In this document: positions 26,461-36,814 of the stretch, piece after piece
How the letters are laid out: every line of letters begins with the position of its first letter
How positions within the stretch are numbered: the first letter of the stretch is position 1
Assembly: GCA_951406725.2 (NCBI GenBank)
Contig: OX597814.1
Location: 128,836,001-128,900,000 of the forward strand
Length of the DNA: 64,000 nt
Origin: Octopus vulgaris
Taxonomy: Eukaryota
Direction of reading: 5' to 3'
Notes under the pieces: model-generated
What the model saw: only the letters and a program-made list of their open reading frames with translations
Databases searched by the model: none
Told to the model about the DNA's origin: nothing
Program-made: the position numbers and the translations under genes

Positions 26461-28247
26461 CACCCTGTCTTCCTTCACTTTCCTCTCACTCAACCCTTCT
26501 TTTGTCAATCTAAACCACAGGAAATAAAGATAAAGAAAATCTTTTGCAGTATGTAATGTTTGTAGTTATTTCTGTTAAACTGCAGTTTCATATGCATCAC
26601 ATGGACACCACGATCAATAGAAACTTGTCTTATTGTCTTCTCCTTCATGGCTGTTCACTTCTCTTTTATATAGCATTCCCTTTCATCTTATCCCTATATA
26701 ACAGCCCTATTTCTATATATAGCCCCTTTCATACACTCTATACACGCACTTCTATGCATGTGTGCAGGCATACATATGTGCAGTGTTTATGTCAGCATTG
26801 TGAAGGCTACTGGGAACATGTAACCCAGTACAACCTGTTGCATGGTTAGATTATCAAGGATTAAACTGGAAACCTCATCAAACTGGCTTGATGAGGAAAA
26901 TATTTTTTGGACACCCATGAAGGGCGAAAAATAAGACCAATTGAAGAGTGGAGGAACTCATGAGTTAACAGTTAATTGAGTGCAAATATGCTTCTTTTAA
27001 GGCGCTGCTGATTTGTATGTATCCTTTGGCTGGAAAAGCCTAAGAGAAGGCACTCTGAAATCAAACCTGCAGCTGATGTAGCTAGCTGCTAGTCACCTTG
27101 TAGTTCTTGCCACTGGTTTCCAACTACCGATACTTTGAGAGTGGAATATGTATTGTACAAGCATATGCCACTTTAATTCGATGATGCTCGGAGCTGAGAA
27201 AACTAAGGAGAGTACAGGAGGCAGTAAAAAAAGCCAGCTTCTGTATATGGCTGAAACAGGAGGAAGACCAAAAATGGTTTGAAAGTCATAACATAACGAG
27301 GTGAGACAAGCTGGCACTGAATTAGCTTTGCTGACTGACAGGTGACGGTTGTTTAGAGAATGTGTGGGCTAAGATTACGTGCCTTTATTGGTAAGTTAAA
27401 ATTGAGACAGTGTCACGTGACAACTTGCTGGGGCTACCTGCTGGAGCCTAGCAGCAGGTATTTAAAGGGAAATTTGACAAGACAGTCAGTCATCCACTGA
27501 CACTCGTTGACACAACATCGAAGAGGCCTGGGAACAGAAGAAAGAAGACATGCACCCAGCACCAGAGCTGAAGACACATCCGAAAGGGGGGACCCTGCCA
27601 CGTCAAAACAGTAGAGGAGTAGGGGCTGAAACTGGACATGGTTCCTCCTGATGATGTCTTGAGCTAACTGGATCCTATAAAGAAGCTGTTGTGGTAGCAG
27701 ACCACGAAAAACGTTTGAAATTCCTTCCTTGTCCATCTGGTCCATCTTTTAAAGTCCTCTGGCTATAGATGAGTGGTAATGTGTGCAGATTTAACCATTT
27801 AAAGAAGTTTTGAATCTCATTTTGCATATGTTCAAGTCAACTTCTGGTCGTAAGTCATCTTGGAGAACAGATATAGTGGAGATTATCAAGATGAGGTAGA
27901 TTGAAATGGCCATCATTTAAGATGGTCATCACACAAACACGTATATTTGTGCATGTGCATGTGTGTGTGTGTGTTTATAAGTTCCAAGCATTGTAGTCCT
28001 GCTTCAAGGGTTTAGTTAATTAAATTGTCACCATATTTTAAGTCTGGTACTTATTTTCTCTCTCTCTCTCTCTCCCCTCCTGTCTCTTCCTCTCTCCTCT
28101 CTGTCTCTTCCTCTCTGTTTCTTCCTCTCTGTCTCCTCCTCTCTCTTGCCCTCCCTCTCCTTCCCTCCCCAAATTGTATGCTCCTCCAGCATATAACTTG
28201 GAGCAAAAACAAAATGTAAATCTGATAATTTTTGAAGCCTGTTATGT

Positions 28248-28349
28248 CACCTGATGAGGCTCTCTGCATGGTGCATTGCATCTGATGTCATTATATAATC
28301 CCACACCCACTAGGGAGCAGTGCTGAAGGGAGCCAAAACGATTGTTGTG
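28248..28349 (+). ncRNA. Decayed type I hammerhead ribozyme next to the Penelope-like element
   Basis: CAC-CTGATGA-GGCTCTCT...AGGGAGCC-(G>A)AAA-CGATTG-TT-GTG. The three deviations are all explained by CpG decay of GAAA-CGATCG-TC. Confidence 0.6.
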
Positions 28350-28659
28350 TTAAATAAAACTTCTAGTTATATGCAACAGACACAACATGCAAACAACAGA
28401 CACAACACGCACACAACACACACACAACAGACACAACATGCACACACATGCAACAGATATATCTTTTAATGAAAAGCTCATATAATTTAGAAGAACCCAT
28501 CAGCGGACCAGTCCAAATTTCCAATAGAAAAAAAAAACATTTGTTAAACAATCAGGTGGCTGTAATTAACAGAAATTTAACCTCTCCAGTTTCAAATCAC
28601 CGTAACGCTAAACAATTTTATTACATTTATTTTTATTTCTATATACTTTCAAAAAGGTG

Positions 28660-30370
28660 GACGAAAACCTATGGTTGCAAAAAAAGGATCACCTCAGTAA
28701 ATCTATTTAAAGTTTTTGGCCCAAAAGACTTAAGGATAGCAAGGGATTCCTTTACACACAACTTACACTTATTTATATTTACTCTGAAGTAAGAGGCTCT
28801 CGAAATAATGGACCATTCTATTATTCTTCTTTAAATCATGTAAATAAGATGCAAGTATGGTAGAGCTACAGTATTTTTTGTTTGAGAATGAGCTCATGTG
28901 GGCCCTAAATCTAGCCTTAAAATTTACTGTACTACCTATATAAAATTTATTTAAATTATCTTCATCCTTAACAACGCATTTATATACTGCAATGGTAATT
29001 CGACAGAACCTGTCAAGGGGACATAATCCAGGGTTTCTACAATTACATGATTTCCCAGGGTCATCCCTAACCTTATTCTACTACTAACAATACTTGTTGT
29101 CAGGTTTCCCATATTCACACCTTCACATCTCTCATTACTGGGTTTCGATACACCATGTGGGAGCAAAATGTTGGCATCACTAACCTTAGGTGCATCAGAA
29201 CTTACCTGCCCAGAACCGGGGTTTCCATCAGAACATCTCCAGTGCCCTTGCCCATTTAACTTGCTTTTATTTATAAAAGCAATAATGGAGGCCAAATTTG
29301 GCATTACTGAGTAGAACTTGAGAGAAGACTTGTTGCAAATGCTGTAGTATTTATGACTCTAAGGGAAGTTCTCCTCTAGAATCTTAAAAAACATCTTGAG
29401 CAAATTTCTCACTCTAAGAGAAAAAGGTGGGACATGAACCATATTATTTCTCTTATTCTAGAACGTGAGCTCTTAGTTTTACTAATCTCCTCACTAGCAC
29501 TATTTTGCTTCCTATACCTATTTCTAACATCTTTAAATACGTTTCTAACCAATGGCTTATTTTGGTTGCAATCAGGTAATGCATTGAATTAGTCCCGATC
29601 AACCATGACATGGTCAGGTGGAAGACCAGCCATCTTGTTTCTAAATCTTGTGTTAGGTATATATGAGATTTTAGTTTTGAATCTGCTTATTTTTAGATTG
29701 TTATTGTACACAGGCACATGTTGATCAAAAATCTCTTCATTTGCAGATAAATTAGAGATTCTGATCGAAATAGCGGTAACGATGCTATCTATAGTGGACT
29801 TTGGGTGATTGGATGATACATTGATATCTGAGATGGATTTATTTGACTTATGAAATGGATAGTATAAATCCCTATCCAAACATAACGTAACATCCAGGAA
29901 ATTCACTACTCTGGAGTTAATATCAAATATAATGTTAAGATTAAAGAAATCCTTTAAGAAACCCCTCAGTGATTTCCTCAATCTATACAATGCAGTTTTA
30001 GACGTACAGCTAGAAATGCATCATCCCTCTACAGTCACCCGGTGAGGAGAGGGAAACTATCCTTAATCTGCGAAAGGAGGTATAGGCCCACTAGGTCAGT
30101 CACCTGTGCAGAATCAGATGATCTCGTTATATTGAAGAAATTGGTGGAATCAACTCTCTACCAATCACATTCATTGTAGGAGATGAAGGTCTCCCTTGCC
30201 ATTAAAAATACATCAATATCTGAACTAGGTATATCTGCATACTTGCAGGTGAAAATCAAGGCTTTACTCAGCAATATAGGGGATATAGAATTATAATAAT
30301 TCGAGATATCAAATTGTATAAAATCTAAATTAGGTTTATCCTTAAGGGAGTCAAACCACACACACACTAT
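28660..30370 (-). pseudogene. Penelope-like retroelement ORF remnant: RT plus C-terminal GIY-YIG endonuclease
   Basis: Minus-strand peptides FIQFDISNYYNSIS, SSDSAQVTDLVGLYLL, L*RDD (YxDD with a stop), VNFLDVTL, SSNHP, IIWF, KFYIGSTVNFKARFRAH and CKLCVKE. Stops and frameshifts present. May extend to about 30800. Confidence 0.9.
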
Positions 30371-31423
30371 GTATATAGTGTGTGATCTAGAGATGTGAAG
30401 AGATGTATTGTGTAGGTCTTGCTGAAAGAAAGAGGATATGTGGATAGCTATTACAGGGTAAGAAAACCTGTTGTAGTTACAGAATAGGTAGAGGGAAGAC
30501 AAAAACTCTGTGAACCAGAAGCTGATGAGTGTTAATGCATTAAAGGAATTTAGGGATATGATAACAGGATAGGTTGAAGGTGGAGTCTTTATTAATTTCT
30601 ACAGTATTCTCCTATGATTTGAATTCACTTACTCCTAGTGTTTTTAGAATTCAACTATCTCAGTTCAAACATTTTGTTACTGAAAAATCCCCAAATTTGA
30701 ATAGGAATGGTTTTAAAATAGGATTGTTTACTCTAACTTCTTCCAAAAGCAACTATTGTATTGACTGTTGCTGTCAATCACAAACCTACCAATTCTACTG
30801 ATTATTGGTGTTGTGCAGTGAATCAGTTGCCACTTGCATATCAAAAATCCTATCTGTTTCTAGTTCACTACATACAGATGGTTTACAATGGCATGGTGTT
30901 TGCCTTTTAGGCTTAGATCCATCTAACTGCATCATTACCCTTGCTATGATACTACTCTACCATCTCTGTCAGCAGATAGCTAATGAAATGCTTGTGAACA
31001 TTGATTGAAAATCAATGCAATAAAAATATCCCTTTAAGATAAACAAGAGATTTCTCCTTTCCTCAACATCCCCATCTCCCTCTTTGTTGCATTCTCTGAA
31101 AGAATCTGTTGCTAGGATTTGGGAGAAAACTGAAGATGGTTGCCTAAACAGGAAGGAAAAATCATGTAAACATTGGCTGGCTTATAAATGTTAACTTCCC
31201 ACCATGATTTTGAAAAAGGAAATTAAACCAATGAAATATAGCCTTCAGCTGTATAAAGAGAACCAGCATGAATATGTTTTCATTGATATTATATATATAA
31301 CATTACGTGTGTGTGTACTTAGATAAATGGCATTCATAGTAAAGATAAAAAAAAACTACAATTTTTATATTCTTATTGTTGTGTATCTATATATAGTCAC
31401 ATGATGAGTTTATTACCAAAACC

Positions 31424-31734
31424 TTTAACTCTTTGCCTGTCCTTGAATTTTCATAAGTTTGTCTTAAATGTCTATGCTGGTTTTCAGACTTTTAGTAATA
31501 TAAAGCCAAACCTTTTATAAGTGGTTGGAAAAATTAGGAATGTGTACCATTCAGTGCTGCAATGACTGGATGTTCCTGACACCAGGAAAAAGAGTATCCG
31601 GCTTGCAGGTGCCATTGCAAGCTGAAGAGAAAATACATTTTTTTTTTCAGGTGCCCATCTATCAATATCAAGGCACATGCCAGGAAAATGTTCTGCATCT
31701 CACTTGTGACATGCACAGTAGGCAAGGGGTTAAC
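31424..31734. mobile_element. TTAA-flanked MITE-like element
   Basis: Imperfect TIRs TTAACTCTTTGCCT / AGGCAAGGGGTTAA. Similar TTAACCCTT-type ends occur at about 21701, 49773-49985 and 52633-52885. Confidence 0.45.
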
Positions 31735-32859
31735 AGTAGTATTTGAACTACTATTATACAAAAGCAATTCCTATTTTTACTTGCTGGGTCTGGCAAAAGG
31801 AACAGTACCCATGGCTTTTGCAGGACTTCCAAAACTGGTAAAATTAATGCCACTAATGCTCTTTAAACATTTTAAAGTCATTACATAAATAACTCCTAAC
31901 TAGTTAACAAAGCAGCTTCTCTGCAGTTTCTCAACAAGCTTGAGCCTTTGTCAAGAGTCTATAGGCTCCTTAGGCAGGAGCCCATCCCAGTTTCTATAGT
32001 ATACAAGTGATCAAGAGTACAATGCTTTTCCTGAATGGGAGTCTGTCACAAGGTTAGCTCTCAGCTGTTACTAGTTCTTATTAAGTGGGCTGAAGTAATA
32101 TGGAATCTTGTTCTAGTCAAGAACACAATGTGCTCACCTGGTGTAGGGATTGAAATTGTGAACTTAGGATTGTGTCTCACGACCTAACCGCGAGGTCTTT
32201 TACCTTCACAGCATACTAAAAATAGTAAACAAATCTCTTTTGAATCACACCTTACATAGATAAATGATACACCGGACAAAGTAATTCTTGATACACTAAC
32301 CTGAAAGAAGGCTGGATGGCCATAGCTGGAATGGACTGTTTTTGATCAGAAATTTGCATAAACTTGAATTTGACCTGGAGCCAAGCAAGAACTCTCTTCA
32401 TGAGAGCAAGTGATAATGTGCAGCACAGCAACTAATTTTACGGAAATATCTCTCAAGATAGATTTTGACAGTAAAGAGTTAATATTTATTTACAGGAAGT
32501 AATATATCCGATAGAGAAAATTAAAAATACATCATAGCAAATCTTAGAAAATTGTTTCCATTTAATTATGTCCTGTGATCTTCGTTAATCAATAGATCTT
32601 GGAGTAGTTTTACATGTAGGCCAAAACATCCATCCAGTTGTCTTGGTTTCATCAAATACAATTAGAATACTTTTCTGAAATGAGATTTTGCTTACTGATC
32701 AATTTGACTTTTGTTATTTTAATATAATTTTACTGCTGTGATCATTTTTATCATTGTAAAGCACCAGACTTAAATATCAAACTCATTGGTTTTGAGATCA
32801 AACCATAGTGAAGTTGATAGAATAAGTGCTACTATTATATCGAAATTGGGGTAATTGGT

Positions 32860-33160
32860 CGCTCTCTCTCTCTCTCTCTCTCTCTTCCTCTCTCTCTGTC
32901 TTCCTCTCTCTCTCTCTCTCTCTCTTCCTCTCTCTCTCTCTTCCTCTCTCTCTCTCTTCCTCCCTCTCTCTCTCTTTCCCTCTCTGTCTTCCCCTCTCTC
33001 TCTGTCTTTCCCTCTCTCTCTTCCCCCTCCCCGCCTCTCTTCCTCTTTCTCTTCTCCTCCTCTCTCTCTTCCTCTCTCCCCCTCTCCCCTATCTTCCCCT
33101 CTCTTCTTCCCTCTCTCTTCCTCTCTCTCCCCCACCCCACTCTCTTTCTCTTTCTCCCCC
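32860..33160. repeat. (CT)-rich polypyrimidine tract
   Basis: Direct reading. Confidence 0.9.
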
Positions 33161-34119
33161 TACAATTATTGGATTTGTGCTAAGTTGAAAGAATTTCTTT
33201 TTTTTTTTTTTTAAACCTTTCAACTGCAAAATTAAATTTCATGGTTATTCCAATAATGTTAAATATCTACCAAAAACTAGAACTGGTATTTCCTGCAAGC
33301 CACATTGCCTCAATAAGCTTGGCATATCTCAACAGAAAACAGTTTCAAACTTGACCTACCTCAACAAAAGGTAAATTGGTATTTAAAATTGCTTTCTGCC
33401 ACTAAGGATAATGAAATTTTGAGTGGATATGTCTGCTTTCTGTTGTCAAGTGTTAAGGTTTGTTGACAGTGTCAGAGAAGGCAGCTCAACTGGCTGTATA
33501 GTTGATCAACCCTAGGTTAGCTCTGATCAAGCAGATTCACTATTGGAAGCTGTTCCATTGATGACCATCCTGGCAGGGTTCTTTTGTTTTTAAATCAGTA
33601 GGTTGCTATGGTTTGATGATTCTTGAAGCCTGAGGACCATGGATAATTAATCATTGGCCACTGGATTGGAATGGCTGTGTTAGTTGTCATCAGTGTTCCG
33701 AGTTCAAATTCTATTGAGGTTGACTTCCTTAATGATTCCCCCCACCCCACCAAAATGATTATAAACACCAGCATTTATATTTTAGTTCTAAATACAAAAA
33801 GGATTTTTGTTTCATATAAGCATGTTAATTAGGTGCTGCTTGTGTCCTAATTGAATAGTTTATGCCTAAAGCCATTTTAGAAACAAGCATTTGCTTTCTA
33901 TTTCAGAGCCTCATTATCCAATATATCCTTCCTTATTTAACACAGGATGTTATTTGAGGTTTAGTTGCTGTTTTTAACAAGTTAAACAACCACATTAAGG
34001 TTCTCTTGTTGATAACTGTTAGGTAAATATGTAGACAACTGTTAAAAATAAAATTTTTTAACTATACGCTTGCATATAACTTTTTCAATTATTCTTCTGT
34101 GTGTGTGTGTGTGTGTGTG

Positions 34120-34155
<36 letters not shown>

Positions 34156-34160
<5 letters not shown>

Positions 34161-34684
34161 CCATGCTAATAGATTTGGAGTGAAATTTAGGATTTCTCGG
34201 TTTTCTGTGAATCAATTTCAATAAAACTTTTCCCAGCTGGTTTACACCCTATAGCAACACTATTATATTTTCATTATTCTGTGTAACGTCCTTTCTTTCT
34301 TATTTCAGATTATTTAGTTTTTGGATGAACCACACAAATACCTTTCGAATGAAAATAGTCCATCTAGGCATTTTTTTTTCTTTTCAGAAAATGAAGAGTA
34401 ATGATACTTATTAAGCATACATTGAGTATACATTTAACAGAAAACCATAATATTATAACATTTGACACAATGAGTTATTTAGCCATATACTCTTTTACTC
34501 TGTTACTTGTTTCAGTCATTTGACTGCAGCTATGCTGGAGCACCACCTATTAGTTGAGCAAATCGACCCCAGGACTTATTCTTTAGAAGCTTAGTACTTA
34601 TTCTATCAGTCTCTTTTGCCAAACCGCTAAGTTACGGGGACATAAACACACCAGCATCGATTGTCAAGCAATGTTGGGGGGACA

Positions 34685-34732
<48 letters not shown>

Positions 34733-35226
34733 CGACGGGCTTCTTTCAGTTTCCATCTACCAAATCCACTCACAAGGCTTTGGTCTGCCCAAAGCTATAG
34801 TAGAAGACACTTGCCCAAGGTGCCACGCAGTGGGACTGAACCTGGAACCATATGGTTGGTAAGCAAGCTACTTACCACACAGCCACTCCTACACCTGGTC
34901 CAGGTTATCCACGTTACTTGTGGCTAATATTCCTTAAATCCTTAGCTGTCAGTCTCAGCAGTCCCACAATTGGATTATTTCTTCCTTGGCAATGACATGA
35001 AGAGAGGTGCCTTTAACATTTTCCTTGATGATGACAGACTTTTCTCCATTGTTAAGGCCTTTCCCACGTCCCACTTCTCTTAGAGAAGAGAGAAGTTATT
35101 AGTGTGGTTCACCCAAAAACTGAGTTGCCATAGTGTGCAAACCAGCTGGGAAAAGTTTTATCAAAATCGATTCAGAGGAAACTGAGAAATCCTAAATTTC
35201 ACTCCTAAGCTATTAGCCTGGTTCTG
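34156..35226. mobile_element. Non-autonomous DNA transposon with ~100-bp imperfect TIRs, carrying a nested SINE
   Basis: 34156-34258 (CAGAACC..GGAGTGAAATTTAGGATTTCTC..AAAACTTTTCCCAGCTGGTTT) is the reverse complement of 35125-35226. Flanked by (CA)n and (TG)n. Confidence 0.7.
34488..34895 (-). mobile_element. SINE family A, full length
   Basis: Reverse complement of family A. Confidence 0.9.
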
Positions 35227-35888
35227 TGTGTGTATGTGTGTGTGTGCATATATATATGTGTGTGTGTGTGTTTACATATATACATACACACATACTCATA
35301 TCATCATTTAAGGCCCATTTTTTATGCTTGCATGGGACGGAGGGTTTGACAGGAGCTGGCCAGCTGAAGAGCTCCCCAAGCTACATGTCTGTTTCAATGT
35401 ATCTATGGGCGGATGCCCCTTCTGACATCAACTGCTTTACAGTGTACTTAGTGTTTTTACACAGCACCAGCATGGCTAATTTTACATGGCACCTGTACAG
35501 TGCTTTTTATGTGGCACCAGAACCCACAAGCCTGCAAGGTTGGGAATACTTAGGTGAAGAGGGATGCATGGAATAGATATTTCTCTTTTTATTCTCTTTT
35601 ACTTGTTTCAGTCACTTGACTGCGGCCATGCTGGAGCACCACCTTTAGTCAAGCAAATCAATCCCAGGACTTATTCTTCGGAAGCCTAGTACTTTTTCTA
35701 TCAGTCTCTTTTGCCAAACAGCTAAGTTATGGGGACATAAACACACCACCATCGGTTGTCAAGCGATGTAGGGGGGACAAACACAGACACACAAATATAT
35801 ATATACACACAAACATATATACACACAAACATATATACACACAAACATATATCCACACAAACATATATCCACACAAACATATACACTC

Positions 35889-35936
<48 letters not shown>

Positions 35937-36104
35937 CATAAGGGACTAAAGCCATCTGAATATGGCTAGGGACAGGGCAGGGTGGTGGGGGTGTTACTGT
36001 TGCATTTAGCCCCAGGCGAACATCGACGTCACCAGAAAGGCTCGACACCGTCACGGTGCCCTTAACCTGCAAAGGGAGGTAATTCCCCGATGAAGCGGAA
36101 ACCA

Positions 36105-36150
36105 CACACGGACCATGGTTTCAAGGTGTATTGCCTATCATCGGCGTGTG
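36105..36150 (-). ncRNA. Type I hammerhead ribozyme variant, copy 1
   Basis: Reverse complement of 36769-36814. Confidence 0.7.
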
Positions 36151-36464
36151 GTAGGCCTCCGCTTCCTCGACGAATTCTCACTCTGCAGGATTTTCTTATA
36201 TAGATTTTCAAGCAAAATACATTTGCTGATTTCGAAAATCTGTTCGAAAGCAATAATAATTCTCTAAAAGGGATATAGACAGTAACTGCTCGATAACATA
36301 AGGGACTAAAGCCATCTGAATATGGCTAGGGACAGGGCAGGGTGGTGGGGGTGTTACTGTTGCATTTAGCCCCAGGCGAACATCGACGTCACCAGAAAGG
36401 CTCGACACCGTCACGGTGCCCTTAACCTGCAAAGGGAGGTAATTCCCCGATGAAGCGGAAACCA

Positions 36465-36510
36465 CACACGGACCATGGTTTCAAGGTGTATTGCCTATCA
36501 TCGGCGTGTG
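36465..36510 (-). ncRNA. Type I hammerhead ribozyme variant, copy 2
   Basis: Identical to copy 1, offset by 360 bp. Confidence 0.7.
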
Positions 36511-36768
36511 GTAGGCCTCCGCTTCCTCGACGAATTCTCACTCTGCAGGATTTTCTTATATAGATTTTCAAGCAAAATACATTTGCTGATTTCGCATATT
36601 CAGATGGCTTTAGTCCCTTATGTTATCGAGCAGTTACTGTCTATATCCCTTTTAGAGAATTATTATTGCTTTCGAACAGATTTTCGAAATCAGCAAATGT
36701 ATTTTGCTTGAAAATCTATATAAGAAAATCCTGCAGAGTGAGAATTCGTCGAGGAAGCGGAGGCCTAC

Positions 36769-36814
36769 CACACGCCGATGATAGGCAATACACCTTGAAA
36801 CCATGGTCCGTGTG
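36769..36814 (+). ncRNA. Type I hammerhead ribozyme variant, copy 3 (predicted cleavage after C36808)
   Basis: Helix I CACACG/CGUGUG; core CCGAUGA; helix II (U)AGG-CAAUACA-CCU(U); GAAA; palindromic helix III CCAUGG; GUC cleavage triplet. Confidence 0.7.

Noticed and set aside
27290-27750. GC-richer LTR-like segment with TATTTAAA
   Set aside because: TG...CA ends, TSD, PBS and PPT could not be defined, so it was left unannotated.
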